This document shows positions 9,107 through 20,463 of a stretch of DNA of 64,000 bases, one piece after another (within the stretch, counting starts at the first letter, position 1; the number at the start of each line of letters is the position of its first letter). The notes beneath the pieces are model-generated. The model was not told the DNA's origin. It made no database searches and saw only the letters and a list, made by a program, of their open reading frames with translations. The position numbers and the translations under genes are program-made. This DNA comes from Bacteroidales bacterium. Its GTDB lineage: Bacteria; Bacteroidota; Bacteroidia; Bacteroidales; GCA-2748055. The stretch lies in assembly GCA_016936975.1 (NCBI GenBank), contig JAFGWU010000036.1, forward strand, positions 14,838 through 78,837. The letters run 5' to 3'.

Positions 9107-11263
9107 TTAGTTGTCCTCATTTTCATCCTCGTAAGCCTTCAGAAGCTCTTCCTGGATTTCTCCCGGAACCTGGGTATACTCGGCAAATTTCATGGAATAT
9201 ATTGCCCGGCCGTTTGTGAGGGAACTGAGCGCTGTGGAATACTTGTTCATTTCGGCGAGGGGAACCTTGGCCAGGATTTTTTCAAATCCTTTTTCGCTGG
9301 ACATTCCCTGAACGATGGCCCTTCTTCCCTGCAGGTCACTCATCACATCCCCCATTCTGTCGGAAGGAACGAGTACTTCAACGTCGTAAATCGGCTCCAT
9401 GATTTTTGGTCCCGCTATTTTAAAGGCCTGGCTGAAAGCATTCCGCCCGGCAAGCATAAAAGATATCTCGTTGGAGTCTACCGGGTGCATCTTGCCGTCA
9501 TAAACATAAACCCGTATATCCCTGGCATAGGAACCTGTAAGGGGTCCCTCCTCCAGTTTTTCCATAATCCCTTTTAAAATTGCGGGTAAGAAACGGGCAT
9601 CAATTGAACCTCCGACAATGCAGTTCAGGAACTCAAGTTTTCCACCCCATGGAAGCTTATGTTCCTCTTGTCCCCGTACGGAGATTTTATAATCCTTACC
9701 GTTGAACTTAAACATCGTTTTCGGGGCGGAGCCTTCCACAATAGGCTCAATAATCATATGCACCTCCCCAAACTGACCGGCACCGCCGGATTGCTTCTTG
9801 TGCCTGTAATCTGCTTGAGCAGCTTTGGTTATGGTCTCTCTGTAAGGAATCTTCGGTGTAATAAAGGATGTTGACACTTTAAATACGTTATCAAGGTGCC
9901 ATTTGGCAATCTGAAGGTGGTACTCTCCCTGTCCCGAAAGAATGATCTGTCTCAACTCCTTTGAATATTCTACCAATATCGTGGGATCTTCAAGGTGAAG
10001 ACGGCCCAGGGCTTCGCCCAGTTTCTCCTCATCACCTTCACTTTCCGGTTTGATTGCGGTCCTGTATTTGGGTTCCGGGAAGGGAACAGGCGGAAATTTT
10101 ATATTGAGATCGGGCGAGCAAAGCGTCTGATTGGTCCGGGTATTTTTGAGCTTGACCGTACAACCAATATCACCGGCTGCCATGGAAGGCGTTTTTGTCC
10201 TGTTTTTACCCAGAGGGGCAAATATCTGTGAAAAACGCTCCTTATTCTGCGTTGAGGTGTTTGTAAGATCCATTCCCTCTTTGAGTTCCCCCGACATGAT
10301 CTTAAAAAAGTTGATTTCACCGATATGGGATTCAACAGAAGTTTTAAATACAAAAAGAGACGTACTCTTACTGCTGTCGCATACAATTTCCTTCCCGTCG
10401 GTTGTCAGTGCCGGCTTTAGTTCATTTGGTGCGGGGATCACATTGGCAATAAATTCCATCAGGCGATTTACTCCATAATTCTTTTTTGCAGAAATGCAGA
10501 ATATTGGGAACATTCCGCGGTTTATAACCCCCATGGTAATACCCTTACGCATCTCTTCCTCTGAAAGGGTGTCATTTTCGAAAAACAATTCCATCAGAGC
10601 TTCATCGTTTTCAGCGGCCTTCTCTATCAATTCATTACGAAGCTCCTCTGCCCTGGCTTTTTCCTCGGCAGGTATTTCAGTTATTTCGGGTTTGCCTCCA
10701 TCAGTTGGAAATTTGTAATATTTCATCTGGATGATATCCACGAGGGCATCAAATCCCGGGCCTGTGTTAACCGGGTATTGGGCCAGAACCGCATTTCCGC
10801 CAAAACTGTCCTTAATGGATTCTAATGTTTTTTCAAAATTGGCATGGTCATGATCACATTTGTTGATGACAATCATCACCGGTTTGTCAAACTTATTCAA
10901 CCACCTGCTGTGTATTTCGGTACCAACTTCCACTCCGTTCTGAGCATTCACAATCATAATGCCGGTATCGGCAACGTGCAGACTGGAAATGGTTCCTCCG
11001 ACGAAATCATCGGCTCCCGGAACATCCAGGATATTGATTTTTGTGCCGTCATATTCAGTGTACATGATACTGGAGAACATGGAGGTTTCGTTTTCCTGCT
11101 CAATGGGATTATAATCCGATACGGTGTTTTTACTGCTTATATCACCCCTTCTGTCAATGATGCCTCCTTCGTAAAGCATGGCTTCCACGAGAGTGGTCTT
11201 ACCGGATCCTGCATTTCCGACGAGTGCAACATTTTTAATCCTGTCAGTTGAATAGGTTTTCAT
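9107..11263 (-). CDS. Elongation factor G paralog (EF-G2-like) with a non-canonical G3 motif
   Basis: 718 aa with full EF-G domain architecture. G1 is GNAGSGKTT, G3 is DVPGADDF (Ala where His is expected) and G4 is NKCD. Confidence 0.9.
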   Translation of the reverse strand: MKTYSTDRIKNVALVGNAGSGKTTLVEAMLYEGGIIDRRGDISSKNTVSDYNPIEQENETSMFSSIMYTEYDGTKINILDVPGADDFVGGTISSLHVADTGIMIVNAQNGVEVGTEIHSRWLNKFDKPVMIVINKCDHDHANFEKTLESIKDSFGGNAVLAQYPVNTGPGFDALVDIIQMKYYKFPTDGGKPEITEIPAEEKARAEELRNELIEKAAENDEALMELFFENDTLSEEEMRKGITMGVINRGMFPIFCISAKKNYGVNRLMEFIANVIPAPNELKPALTTDGKEIVCDSSKSTSLFVFKTSVESHIGEINFFKIMSGELKEGMDLTNTSTQNKERFSQIFAPLGKNRTKTPSMAAGDIGCTVKLKNTRTNQTLCSPDLNIKFPPVPFPEPKYRTAIKPESEGDEEKLGEALGRLHLEDPTILVEYSKELRQIILSGQGEYHLQIAKWHLDNVFKVSTSFITPKIPYRETITKAAQADYRHKKQSGGAGQFGEVHMIIEPIVEGSAPKTMFKFNGKDYKISVRGQEEHKLPWGGKLEFLNCIVGGSIDARFLPAILKGIMEKLEEGPLTGSYARDIRVYVYDGKMHPVDSNEISFMLAGRNAFSQAFKIAGPKIMEPIYDVEVLVPSDRMGDVMSDLQGRRAIVQGMSSEKGFEKILAKVPLAEMNKYSTALSSLTNGRAIYSMKFAEYTQVPGEIQEELLKAYEDENEDN

Positions 11264-11331
11264 TTGTATCTGTTAAAGGTATTAGGTTAAATATTAATGT
11301 GTTTGGTTGTTTTTATCCTTCTCAGGAAGTG

Positions 11332-11339
11332 CAAAAGTA
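11332..11339 (-). promoter_or_regulatory. Candidate -7 box (TActTTTG on the minus strand) for the EF-G paralog
   Basis: Plus strand reads CAAAAGTA. The box is about 68 nt upstream of the start codon at 11263. Confidence 0.3.
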
Positions 11340-11417
11340 ATAAAATTTTGATACTAAACAATCAGGGTATCATTGCATCATTTCGGATCATTCTTCCTGT
11401 TTCCGGAAGCATTTGAG

Positions 11418-11448
11418 AACAGGTCGTAATGTTAATAACCTGTTTTTT
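11418..11448 (+). terminator. Terminator-like hairpin plus T-tract with no upstream plus-strand gene
   Basis: AACAGGT (11418-11424) pairs with ACCTGTT (11438-11444) around a 13-nt loop, followed by TTTTT. Confidence 0.3.
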
Positions 11449-11563
11449 CAGGATCAAATGTGTCTCAAGGCCTCATAAAGTCCTTCCAACAGATGGATCC
11501 GTCAATCAATCCTATAAGCATTAAGAATTCAAAAAAAAATTATTGTTTTTTCAAAAAAAAGAA

Positions 11564-11571
11564 TACCTTTG
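11564..11571 (+). promoter_or_regulatory. Candidate -7 box (TAccTTTG) for the str operon
   Basis: Exact TAnnTTTG in an A/T-rich tract. ATTG at 11542-11545 sits where a -33 TTTG element would be expected. The box ends 46 nt before rpsL. Confidence 0.45.
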
Positions 11572-11617
11572 CGAACCGATTTTATAACGAGTTTCAAATT
11601 AAATATTTATAGTCTTT

Positions 11618-11992
11618 ATGCCTACGATAAGTCAACTGGTAAGAAAGGGTAGAAAAAGGATACTTGATAAAAGTAAAGCACCGGCTTTAGATTCTTGTCC
11701 CCAGAGACGGGGTGTTTGTGTCAGGGTTTATACCACCACGCCTAAAAAGCCCAATTCAGCCATGCGAAAGGTGGCGAGGGTAAGATTGACCAACCAGAAG
11801 GAAGTAAATGCTTACATTCCGGGCGAAGGACATAATTTGCAGGAGCACTCAATTGTTATGATTCGCGGCGGCAGGGTAAAGGATCTTCCCGGTGTAAGGT
11901 ATCACCTTATAAGGGGCGCACTTGATACATCCGGTGTTGAGGGAAGAACTCAGAGAAGGTCGAAATATGGGACAAAGAGGCCTAAAAAATAG
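11618..11992 (+). CDS. rpsL: 30S ribosomal protein S12
   Basis: [12 protein letters not shown]...[16 protein letters not shown], 124 aa. Confidence 0.98.
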   Translation: MPTISQLVRKGRKRILDKSKAPALDSCPQRRGVCVRVYTTTPKKPNSAMRKVARVRLTNQKEVNAYIPGEGHNLQEHSIVMIRGGRVKDLPGVRYHLIRGALDTSGVEGRTQRRSKYGTKRPKK

Positions 11993-12021
11993 CTTGTAGT
12001 AATTTATAGGTTTATCCGCAT

Positions 12022-12498
12022 ATGAGAAAATCAAAACCAAAAAAGAGAATTATTTTACCGGATCCAAAGTTCAATGATCCCTATGTAACAAAATTCATCA
12101 ATAACTTGATGCTTAATGGCAAAAAAAGCATCGCATTTAAGATTTTTTACGATGCCCTTGACATTGTAGGCGAAAAGACGAAGAATGAGGGGAAACCTGC
12201 GCTGGATATCTGGAAGCAGGCACTCGATAACATTACGCCTCAGGTTGAAGTGAAGAGCAGAAGGGTGGGAGGGGCAACCTTCCAGGTTCCTATGGAGGTT
12301 CGTGCGGAAAGAAAGACCTCTATTGCAATGAAGAATCTTATTCTTTATTCCAGGAAACGTCCGGGAAAATCGATGAGTGAAAGACTGGCAGCGGAAATAG
12401 TTGCAGCCTATAATCAGGAGGGTGGGGCATTCAAGAGGAAGGAGGAGACCCACCGTATGGCAGAAGCCAATAAAGCATTTGCCCATTTCAGGTTCTAA
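12022..12498 (+). CDS. rpsG: 30S ribosomal protein S7
   Basis: Typical S7 sequence ([27 protein letters not shown]), 158 aa. Confidence 0.98.
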   Translation: MRKSKPKKRIILPDPKFNDPYVTKFINNLMLNGKKSIAFKIFYDALDIVGEKTKNEGKPALDIWKQALDNITPQVEVKSRRVGGATFQVPMEVRAERKTSIAMKNLILYSRKRPGKSMSERLAAEIVAAYNQEGGAFKRKEETHRMAEANKAFAHFRF

Positions 12499-12546
12499 TT
12501 TTTATTGAAAGATTGATATCATTATTTTGGTAAGTGTGTAGCACTT

Positions 12547-14652
12547 ATGAACCCTATACTAAAAAATACGAGGAATATTGGGATCATGGCACACATCGAT
12601 GCCGGGAAAACAACTACTACAGAACGCATCCTGTTCTACACTGGTATAACCCATCGCATTGGTGAGGTCCATGACGGAGCCGCTCAGATGGACTGGATGG
12701 TACAGGAACAGGAGCGTGGAATTACCATTACTTCGGCGGCGACCACCACATTCTGGAAATATAACAATCAGGAATTCAAAATTAATATTATAGACACTCC
12801 GGGTCATGTGGACTTTACTGTTGAGGTGGAACGGTCCCTCAGGGTGCTGGATGGCGCTATTGCCATTTTCTGTGCGGTGGGAGGCGTGGAACCTCAATCG
12901 GAAACAGTCTGGAGACAGGCTGATAAATACAAGGTTCCCCGGATTGCTTTCATTAACAAAATGGACCGTGTTGGTGCCGACTTCTTTGGGGTGGTAAGTG
13001 AGATCAGAAAAAAATTGGGGGCAAATCCCGTTCCTCTTCAGATTCCGTTCGGAGCGGAAGAAGAATTCAAAGGCATTGTCGATCTGATTGAACGGAAAGC
13101 TATTGTATGGAAAGAGGACGAAACACTGGGAATGAAATACGAATATTGCGATATCCCTGAAGATTTGATTGATGCAGTTGAAGAGTGGCGTGAGAAACTG
13201 GTTGAAGCCGTCTGTGTGTCGGATGATAATTTGCTGGAGCGGTTTCTTGAAGACCGTGATTCAATCTCTGTCGAGGAGTTTATGGGTTATGCCAGAAGGG
13301 CAACCATCAATATGCAGATAGTCCCGGTATTATGCGGCTCAGCTTTCAAGAACAAAGGTATTCAGCGACTGCTGGATGCAATCACATTTTTAATGCCCAG
13401 CCCTCTTGATATTGGAGATGTTCATGGTATTGATCCAAGATCAGAAAAGACCATTTCCCGTTCACCCGATCCGGAAGAACCACTTGCAGGATTGGTTTTC
13501 AAAATTGCAACCGATCCTTTTGTCGGGCGACTGGCTTACCTGAGAGTCTATTCAGGGAAGGTCCAGGAAGGGGTAATGGTTCTGAATAACAGAACCGGTA
13601 AGAAAGAGCGCATCAGCAGGATTTATCAGATGCATGCCAATAAACAGAATCCCAGGAAGGAAATTGAAGCCGGTGATATCTGTGCGGTTGTCGGACTGAA
13701 AGAGTTAAGGACAGGCGATACCATCTCGGCTGTTAGCAAGCCGATTATTCTTGAAAATATTGAATTCCCCGAACCGGTAATCGGAATAGCCATTGAACCG
13801 AAAACACAATTTGATATTGATAAGTTAGGCCTGGCGCTGAACAAGCTGGCAGAGGAAGATCCAACCTTTCAGGTTCGTGTTGATGTAGATTCATGCCAGA
13901 CCATCATCAGCGGCATGGGTGAACTGCATCTTGAAATCTTACTCGATCGGTTAAAAAGAGAATTCAAGGTCGAATGTAATGTTGGAACACCGCAGGTAAA
14001 TTATAAGGAAGCACTGACAGCAGAGGTAAACCATCGGGAAGTCTTTAAGAAACAGACAGGAGGCCGGGGAAAATTTGCCGATATCGAAGTTATTATCGGA
14101 CCGGCTGACAGGGATGTCAAAGGTTTGCAGTTCATCAGTGAAATCAGGGGGGGGAATATTCCGAAAGAGTATATTCCGTCGGTGGAAAAAGGATTCCAGT
14201 CTGCCATGTTGAACGGACCACTTGCCGGATTTCCGGTCGATAATTTAAAGGTCCGGCTAATTGATGGATCATTTCACAGTGTGGATTCCGATCAGCTATC
14301 ATTCGAAATTGCTGCAAGGCAGGCATTCAGACATGCAGGTTCAAAAGCGAAAGCTGTTTTGCTCGAACCTATTATGGCAGTTGAAGTGGTTACCCCGGAG
14401 GAATATATGGGGGATGTCATTTCCGATCTTAATAAACGTCGCGGTCAGGTGCAAGGAATGGATTCCAAGGCAGGCGCACGGATAATCAAGGCAAAGGTAC
14501 CCCTGGCTGAACAGTTCGGGTATGTTACCGTGCTTCGTACCCTGACAAGCGGGCGGGCGAGTTCTACAATGGAATTCAGTCATTTCGAGGAAGTCCCCGA
14601 GAATATCGCCAATGAAATACTTGAAAAAGTTACAGGAAAATCGTTGATATAA
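12547..14652 (+). CDS. fusA: Elongation factor G (canonical)
   Basis: [29 protein letters not shown] and NKMDR. 701 aa, positioned after rpsG. Confidence 0.98.
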   Translation: MNPILKNTRNIGIMAHIDAGKTTTTERILFYTGITHRIGEVHDGAAQMDWMVQEQERGITITSAATTTFWKYNNQEFKINIIDTPGHVDFTVEVERSLRVLDGAIAIFCAVGGVEPQSETVWRQADKYKVPRIAFINKMDRVGADFFGVVSEIRKKLGANPVPLQIPFGAEEEFKGIVDLIERKAIVWKEDETLGMKYEYCDIPEDLIDAVEEWREKLVEAVCVSDDNLLERFLEDRDSISVEEFMGYARRATINMQIVPVLCGSAFKNKGIQRLLDAITFLMPSPLDIGDVHGIDPRSEKTISRSPDPEEPLAGLVFKIATDPFVGRLAYLRVYSGKVQEGVMVLNNRTGKKERISRIYQMHANKQNPRKEIEAGDICAVVGLKELRTGDTISAVSKPIILENIEFPEPVIGIAIEPKTQFDIDKLGLALNKLAEEDPTFQVRVDVDSCQTIISGMGELHLEILLDRLKREFKVECNVGTPQVNYKEALTAEVNHREVFKKQTGGRGKFADIEVIIGPADRDVKGLQFISEIRGGNIPKEYIPSVEKGFQSAMLNGPLAGFPVDNLKVRLIDGSFHSVDSDQLSFEIAARQAFRHAGSKAKAVLLEPIMAVEVVTPEEYMGDVISDLNKRRGQVQGMDSKAGARIIKAKVPLAEQFGYVTVLRTLTSGRASSTMEFSHFEEVPENIANEILEKVTGKSLI

Positions 14653-14664
14653 TAATAAAACAGA

Positions 14665-14970
14665 ATGAGTCAAAAGATTAGAATTAAATTGAAGTCCTAC
14701 GATCACAATCTGGTTGACAAATCAGCCGAAAAGATTGTGAAGACTGTCAAATCGACCGGGGCTGTTGTGAGCGGACCGGTTCCTCTGCCCACGCACAAGA
14801 GGATTTATACCGTACTGCGCTCCCCATTTGTTAATAAAAAATCGAGGGAGCAATTCCAGCTAAGCTCATTTAAAAGATTGCTGGATATCTACAGCTCAAC
14901 ACCAAAAACCATTGATGCACTGATGAAACTGGAATTGCCCAGTGGAGTGGAAGTTGAAATTAAAGTATAA
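14665..14970 (+). CDS. rpsJ: 30S ribosomal protein S10
   Basis: [13 protein letters not shown]...KIV, 101 aa, first gene of the S10 cluster. Confidence 0.97.
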   Translation: MSQKIRIKLKSYDHNLVDKSAEKIVKTVKSTGAVVSGPVPLPTHKRIYTVLRSPFVNKKSREQFQLSSFKRLLDIYSSTPKTIDALMKLELPSGVEVEIKV

Positions 14971-14990
14971 CTAAGAAAAACAGAAATAAA

Positions 14991-15608
14991 ATGCCAGGAT
15001 TAATTGGTAAGAAGATTGGAATGACCTCAATTTATGATAACGAAGGGAAAAATATTCCCTGCACAGTTATCCAGGCGGGTCCATGCGTTGTAACGCAGAT
15101 TAAGACTGTTGAAAATGATGGATACTCGGCCGTACAGCTGGCTTTTGATGATAAAAAGGTGAAAAACACCCCTAAACCGATGCAGGGACATTTTGCGAGG
15201 GCAAATACAACCCCCAAGAGAAAGGTCATTGAACTGAAAGGATTTGTTAAAGACTGGAAACCCGGGGATGTCATTACGGTAGATTATTTTCATGATGATA
15301 CATGGCTTGATGTTTCCGGAATAAGCAAGGGCAAAGGTTTTCAGGGTGTCGTTAAAAGACATGGCTTCAGGGGAGTCAATGATGCAACTCACGGACAGCA
15401 TAACAGGAACCGGGCACCGGGTTCTGTAGGCGCCTCATCATATCCATCAAGGGTATTTAAAGGAATGAGAATGGGTGGCCAGACCGGAAACAAAAAAGTA
15501 AAGATTCTGAACCTGAGAGTTATGAAAATAATTCCGGAAAACAATTTGCTTATTTTGAAAGGATCAGTACCAGGATCAAACGGTTCATTTTTAATTATTG
15601 AAAAGTAA
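14991..15608 (+). CDS. rplC: 50S ribosomal protein L3
   Basis: [14 protein letters not shown]...[14 protein letters not shown], 205 aa. Confidence 0.97.
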   Translation: MPGLIGKKIGMTSIYDNEGKNIPCTVIQAGPCVVTQIKTVENDGYSAVQLAFDDKKVKNTPKPMQGHFARANTTPKRKVIELKGFVKDWKPGDVITVDYFHDDTWLDVSGISKGKGFQGVVKRHGFRGVNDATHGQHNRNRAPGSVGASSYPSRVFKGMRMGGQTGNKKVKILNLRVMKIIPENNLLILKGSVPGSNGSFLIIEK

Positions 15609-16234
15609 TGGAACTAGAAGTATTGAATATTACAGGGAAAGGTACCGGTAAAAAGGTGAAGCTAAATGATGATGTATTTGGAATTGAACCGAATGATCAC
15701 GCCATTTATCTTGATATAAAACAGATCATGGCCAACAGGCGACAGGGTACCCATTCGACGAAAGAGCGCGGTGAAGTTGCCGGCAGTACCAAGAAGATCA
15801 AAAGGCAGAAAGGAACCGGAACGGCGCGTTTCGGGGATATTAAGAATCCCTTATTCAGAGGCGGAGGACGGGTGTTTGGCCCTTCCCCCCGTAATTATGG
15901 CGGAAAGGTAAATCGCAAAGTGAAAGAATTGGCAAGAAAGTCGGCTCTTACCTATAAAGCCCGTAACAATCAGCTGATGGTAGTCGAGGATTTTCCTTTC
16001 GAGACCCCGAAAACTAAGGATTTTGCCGAGATCCGCAGAAATTTGAAAATCGACGATAAAAAAACAATTTTAGTTTTAAACGAAAGAAATAAAAACTTAT
16101 ATTTGTCGTCGCGAAATTTGCAGAATTCGAAGGTTTTAACCGTCTCTGAACTAAACACTTATGAGATAATGAATGCGACAGCTCTGCTGTTTGTTGAGAG
16201 TTCCCTGGATGTTTTGCAGAATAACGCACAATAA
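15608..16234 (+). CDS. rplD: 50S ribosomal protein L4
   Basis: Sequence ([30 protein letters not shown]) and position. 208 aa. Confidence 0.96.
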   Translation: MELEVLNITGKGTGKKVKLNDDVFGIEPNDHAIYLDIKQIMANRRQGTHSTKERGEVAGSTKKIKRQKGTGTARFGDIKNPLFRGGGRVFGPSPRNYGGKVNRKVKELARKSALTYKARNNQLMVVEDFPFETPKTKDFAEIRRNLKIDDKKTILVLNERNKNLYLSSRNLQNSKVLTVSELNTYEIMNATALLFVESSLDVLQNNAQ

Positions 16235-16251
16235 AATTGTAGCAACGAATC

Positions 16252-16542
16252 ATGAATATTTTACTTAAACCAATAGTAACCGAAAAAATGACAGCCCAGG
16301 GGGAAGCTCATAACCGTTATGGGTTTGTTGTGGATAAGAATGCCAATAAACTGGAGATCAAAAAGGCGGTTGAGGAGCTTTATGATGTCAAGGTATCAGA
16401 AGTTAACACCATGCGTTACGGAGGCAAGAGGAAAGCTCGTTTTACAAAATCCGGGGTGTCTGAAGGCAAAACAAGTTCTTACAAGAAAGCGATTGTTACG
16501 CTTGAAGAAGGTGAGGTAATTGATTTTTACAGCAATATTTAA
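16252..16542 (+). CDS. rplW: 50S ribosomal protein L23
   Basis: ILLKPIVTEK...F.VDK.ANK.EIKKAVE, 96 aa. Confidence 0.96.
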   Translation: MNILLKPIVTEKMTAQGEAHNRYGFVVDKNANKLEIKKAVEELYDVKVSEVNTMRYGGKRKARFTKSGVSEGKTSSYKKAIVTLEEGEVIDFYSNI

Positions 16543-16548
16543 TTCATT

Positions 16549-17382
16549 ATGGCTATTAAAAAATATAAACCGGTAACTCCGGGTCAGAGATATAAAGAGA
16601 TTTCGGATTTTAAGGATGTTTCTGATGTGAAGCCGGAAAAAACCCTGCTCAGGACAAAGAAAAAGAGCGGCGGCCGTAATAATTCAGGCCGTATGACAGT
16701 CCGTTATCTGGGCGGCGGTCACAAAAGGAGGTACCGCATAATCGATTTCAAGCGTGACAAGGATAATATTCCGGCAACGGTAAAAAGCATCGAATACGAT
16801 CCCAACCGTTCATCCAGGATAGCACTGGTTGTTTATGAAGATGGTGAGAAACGATACATTATAGCACCGGACAAACTGGTTGCTGGTGCCCGGATTCTAT
16901 CCGGTGATTCGGTTGCTCCTGAAATAGGGAATGCATTACCCCTTCAGAATATTCCGCTTGGTACGGATATACACAATATTGAGCTAAAACCGGGTCAGGG
17001 CGGAATGCTCGCACGAAGTGCCGGGACCTATGGAACGCTTACATCGAGGGATGGAAAATACGCCATTATAAAACTTCCCAGTGGAGAATCAAGAATGGTG
17101 CTGGTTACCTGCCGCGCCACAATAGGTATGGTTTCCAACTCCGATCATGGTCTTGAAAAATCAGGTAAGGCAGGAAGATTACGCTGGTTGGGAAGGCGTC
17201 CGCGTACTCGTGGCGTCGCAATGAACCCGGTTGACCATCCAATGGGAGGCGGTGAAGGAAGGGCATCGGGAGGACATCCCCGTTCAAGAGCTGGGATACC
17301 TGCCAAGGGTTATAAAACCCGTCCGCGCAAGAAGCATTCTAATAAGTATATTGTCGAGAAGAGAAAATCCAAAAAGAAATAG
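16549..17382 (+). CDS. rplB: 50S ribosomal protein L2
   Basis: [27 protein letters not shown], 277 aa. Confidence 0.98.
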   Translation: MAIKKYKPVTPGQRYKEISDFKDVSDVKPEKTLLRTKKKSGGRNNSGRMTVRYLGGGHKRRYRIIDFKRDKDNIPATVKSIEYDPNRSSRIALVVYEDGEKRYIIAPDKLVAGARILSGDSVAPEIGNALPLQNIPLGTDIHNIELKPGQGGMLARSAGTYGTLTSRDGKYAIIKLPSGESRMVLVTCRATIGMVSNSDHGLEKSGKAGRLRWLGRRPRTRGVAMNPVDHPMGGGEGRASGGHPRSRAGIPAKGYKTRPRKKHSNKYIVEKRKSKKK

Positions 17383-17385
17383 AAC

Positions 17386-17652
17386 ATGAGCCGTTCACTG
17401 AAAAAAGGTCCTTTTATTGATTTTAAGCTGGAGAAGAGAATTCTGGAAATGAATGATTCAGGTAAAAAATCTGTTATAAAAACCTGGTCAAGAAGGTCGG
17501 TGATATCTCCCGATTTTGTGGGACATACAATAGCTGTGCATAATGGTAACAAATTCATACCCGTATATATTACCGAAAATATGGTTGGTCATAAACTGGG
17601 AGAATTTGCGCCTACCCGGATTTTCAGGGGTCATGGTGGAAAACAGAAATAA
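17386..17652 (+). CDS. rpsS: 30S ribosomal protein S19
   Basis: [12 protein letters not shown]...[13 protein letters not shown]...MVGHKLGEF, 88 aa. Confidence 0.98.
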   Translation: MSRSLKKGPFIDFKLEKRILEMNDSGKKSVIKTWSRRSVISPDFVGHTIAVHNGNKFIPVYITENMVGHKLGEFAPTRIFRGHGGKQK

Positions 17653-17673
17653 TCTATTAATCCTTAAATAATA

Positions 17674-18093
17674 ATGGGAGCAAGGAAAAGAAACAGAGCC
17701 AATAAGCTGAAGGAGGAAAGACAGAATAAATATTATGCAGTACTCAGAAATTGTCCTACCTCGCCGAGAAAAATGCGTCTGGTTACGAATATGATTAAGG
17801 GTATTGAAGTGAACAAGGCGCTGGATTTATTGCGATTCAGTCAGAAGGAGGCATCAAGGAGCGTTGAAAAACTTCTCCTTTCAGCCATTGCTAACTGGCA
17901 GACAAAAAATGAAGGAGCAAGGATTGAAGAGAGTAATCTGTATGTTAAGGAAGCATATGTAGATCAATCCAGAACTCTTAAAAGAATACAACCTGCACCC
18001 CAGGGAAGGGCGCACAGGATCAGAAAACGATCCAATCATGTGACCATCGTGGTGGATAGTCCGAAAGTTATCGAAGAAGAAAAAGAAAAATAG
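17674..18093 (+). CDS. rplV: 50S ribosomal protein L22
   Basis: SPRKMRLV...[27 protein letters not shown], 139 aa. Confidence 0.96.
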   Translation: MGARKRNRANKLKEERQNKYYAVLRNCPTSPRKMRLVTNMIKGIEVNKALDLLRFSQKEASRSVEKLLLSAIANWQTKNEGARIEESNLYVKEAYVDQSRTLKRIQPAPQGRAHRIRKRSNHVTIVVDSPKVIEEEKEK

Positions 18094-18098
18094 AATAA

Positions 18099-18806
18099 AT
18101 GGGACAAAAAGTTAATCCGATAGGCAATCGTTTAGGGATCATCAAAGGCTGGGATTCCAACTGGTATGGAGGCAAGGATTATTCCACAAAACTGGTTGAA
18201 GATAACCAGATCAGGGAATATCTGAACGCACGTCTGGCAAAAGCCAGTATTTCAAAAATAATCATTGAGCGTACGCTTAAGCTGATAACCGTCACTGTTA
18301 ATACAGCCCGCCCGGGAATCATTATCGGGAAAGGCGGACAGGAGGTTGACAAATTGAAGGAAGAGCTTAAGAATATTACCAAGAAGGAGGTCCAGATTAA
18401 TATTTTCGAGGTTAAAAGGCCTGAACTGGATGCCACGATTGTTGCGAATAATATTGCCCGCCAGATAGAGGGTAAAATATCTTACAGAAGGGCCATAAAA
18501 ATGGCTATTGCCTCCACCATACGGATGGGTGCGGAAGGTATTAAAGTTTTGATAAGCGGCAGATTGGGTGGTGCAGAGATGGCGCGGTCAGAAACCTACA
18601 AGGATGGGCGAATTCCATTGCATACATTACGTGCCGATATAGATTATGCACTCGCTGAGGCCCATACAAAAGTAGGTGTGATTGGCGTGAAAGTCTGGAT
18701 ATGTAATGGAGAAATTTTCGGTAAACGTGATTTATCTCCAAACATTGGTGCGAAGAACGTTAAGCCGAAAGGGGGGGGGATGAGAAAGAAAGGAAACAGG
18801 AAATAA
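18099..18806 (+). CDS. rpsC: 30S ribosomal protein S3
   Basis: [14 protein letters not shown]...KH domain...[12 protein letters not shown], 235 aa. Confidence 0.98.
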   Translation: MGQKVNPIGNRLGIIKGWDSNWYGGKDYSTKLVEDNQIREYLNARLAKASISKIIIERTLKLITVTVNTARPGIIIGKGGQEVDKLKEELKNITKKEVQINIFEVKRPELDATIVANNIARQIEGKISYRRAIKMAIASTIRMGAEGIKVLISGRLGGAEMARSETYKDGRIPLHTLRADIDYALAEAHTKVGVIGVKVWICNGEIFGKRDLSPNIGAKNVKPKGGGMRKKGNRK

Positions 18807-18833
18807 TCAGAACGTTAAGAAAATATATAAAGG

Positions 18834-19256
18834 ATGTTACAACCGAAAAAAACCAAATACAGGAGAATGCAGAAGGGGCGGATGAAAGGAACCGCTCAGA
18901 GGGGAAATCAGCTTGCATTCGGCTCTTTTGGTATAAAGGCAATGGAAAACGCCTGGATAACAGGTCGCCAGATTGAAGCGGCAAGGCAGGCTATTACCCG
19001 TCACATGAAAAGGGAAGGTCAGATGTGGATCCGAATTTTTCCGGACAAACCCATAACCAAGAAACCAGCTGAGGTGCGGATGGGAAAGGGAAAAGGAACA
19101 CCCGAAGGATTTGTTTATCCCATTACACCGGGGAGGATAATTTTTGAAGTTGAAGGCGTTCCCTTCGCTGTGGCAAAAGAAGCTTTGAGGCTGGGGGCCC
19201 AGAAATTCCCCATCACTACGAAATTTGTAGTACGGAGAGATTACGTTGAACAATAA
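18834..19256 (+). CDS. rplP: 50S ribosomal protein L16
   Basis: [17 protein letters not shown]...[32 protein letters not shown], 140 aa. Confidence 0.98.
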   Translation: MLQPKKTKYRRMQKGRMKGTAQRGNQLAFGSFGIKAMENAWITGRQIEAARQAITRHMKREGQMWIRIFPDKPITKKPAEVRMGKGKGTPEGFVYPITPGRIIFEVEGVPFAVAKEALRLGAQKFPITTKFVVRRDYVEQ

Positions 19257-19275
19257 TCAGTAATTAATTTTTGAG

Positions 19276-19488
19276 ATGAAAAGTTCTGAAATAAGAGAAT
19301 TAAGCCTGAAGGAGATTGAAGAAAGAATTGAGAGTGAAGAAAATATGCTTGTCCGGCTTAAGATGAATCATGCCGTATCGCCTCTGGATAATCCCAATAA
19401 AATTCCGGAGACCCGTAAAAACATTGCAAGGCTGAAAACGGAACTTCAGTCCAGGTTAATAAAAGAACAGTCAGAAAGCAACAAGTAG
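19276..19488 (+). CDS. rpmC: 50S ribosomal protein L29
   Basis: 70 aa (EIRELS..EI...I..E...L..LK) between rplP and rpsQ. Confidence 0.93.
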   Translation: MKSSEIRELSLKEIEERIESEENMLVRLKMNHAVSPLDNPNKIPETRKNIARLKTELQSRLIKEQSESNK

Positions 19489-19490
19489 AT

Positions 19491-19751
19491 ATGGAAAATA
19501 AAAGAGACTTAAGAAGGGAACGTATCGGGACAGTTGTCAGCAACAGTATGAATAAATCCATAGTTATTGCTGTTAAACAAAAGATCAAACACCCGATTTA
19601 CGGCAAATTCGTTAACAGGACAGCCAAATTTATGGTCCACGATGAGAAGAATGAATGCAATGTGGGAGATACGGTCAGGATCTCGGAAACAAGGCCGTTA
19701 AGCAAAAACAAGAGATGGAGATTAGTAGAAATTATTGAAAGAGCCAGGTAA
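19491..19751 (+). CDS. rpsQ: 30S ribosomal protein S17
   Basis: [21 protein letters not shown]...KHP.YGK...R..K...HDE.NEC..GD.V.I.ETRPLSK.K.W.L, 86 aa. Confidence 0.97.
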   Translation: MENKRDLRRERIGTVVSNSMNKSIVIAVKQKIKHPIYGKFVNRTAKFMVHDEKNECNVGDTVRISETRPLSKNKRWRLVEIIERAR

Positions 19752-19753
19752 CC

Positions 19754-20119
19754 ATGATACAGCAAGAAAGTAGATTAGCCGTAGCTGATAACAGCGGAGC
19801 AAAGGAAGTCCTTTGTATCCGGGTGCTCGGAGGTACTCGTAAAAGATATGCCTCCATTGGTGATAAGATTGTGGTCTCCGTGAAAAGTGCCATCCCTTCC
19901 GGAGAGATAAAGAAAGGTTCTGTTTCCAAAGCGGTTATCGTCAGGACCAGGAAAGAAATCCGGCGTCAGGATGGTTCATACATTCGTTTTGATGATAACG
20001 CAGTTGTGCTTCTGAATAATCTGGATGAGATGCGGGGAACCCGTATCTTCGGACCAGTTGCAAGGGAGTTGCGGGACCGCTATATGAAAATTGTTTCCCT
20101 GGCACCGGAAGTATTGTAA
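19754..20119 (+). CDS. rplN: 50S ribosomal protein L14
   Basis: [27 protein letters not shown], 121 aa. Confidence 0.98.
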   Translation: MIQQESRLAVADNSGAKEVLCIRVLGGTRKRYASIGDKIVVSVKSAIPSGEIKKGSVSKAVIVRTRKEIRRQDGSYIRFDDNAVVLLNNLDEMRGTRIFGPVARELRDRYMKIVSLAPEVL

Positions 20120-20138
20120 CAAAGAAAAGTATAAACAG

Positions 20139-20462
20139 ATGGGTAAAAAATTGCATATTAAAAAAGGAGATATTGTAATCGTCAATACGGGCGAATACAG
20201 GGGTCAGCAGGGCAGGGTACTGGAAGTTAACCGTGAGAAAGAGAGGGCAATTGTGGAAGGAGTTAATATGGTATCCAAACACACCAAACCCAATGCCCAG
20301 AATCCTCAGGGCGGAATTACAAGAAAAGAGGCGCCGGTTCATATTTCAAACCTGAACCTGATTGATCCTTCAACAGGAGAGAGGACGAGAATCGGCAGAA
20401 AACTCAACGATAACAACAAATTAATGCGATACGCAAAAAAATCCGGACAGGAGATTAAATAA
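20139..20462 (+). CDS. rplX: 50S ribosomal protein L24
   Basis: Start trimmed from the track ORF at 20091 to the ATG giving [14 protein letters not shown]...G..G.V. KOW motif present. The longer ORF would overlap rplN. Confidence 0.95.
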   Translation: MGKKLHIKKGDIVIVNTGEYRGQQGRVLEVNREKERAIVEGVNMVSKHTKPNAQNPQGGITRKEAPVHISNLNLIDPSTGERTRIGRKLNDNNKLMRYAKKSGQEIK

Positions 20463-20463
20463 G

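Noticed and set aside
14653-14664. Absence of tuf between fusA and rpsJ, and of adk between secY and map (25190-25208)
   Set aside because: This looks unusual next to E. coli or Bacillus. As far as I recall, it is the normal Bacteroidota arrangement, with tuf sitting in the tRNA-secE-nusG cluster elsewhere, so it is not an anomaly.
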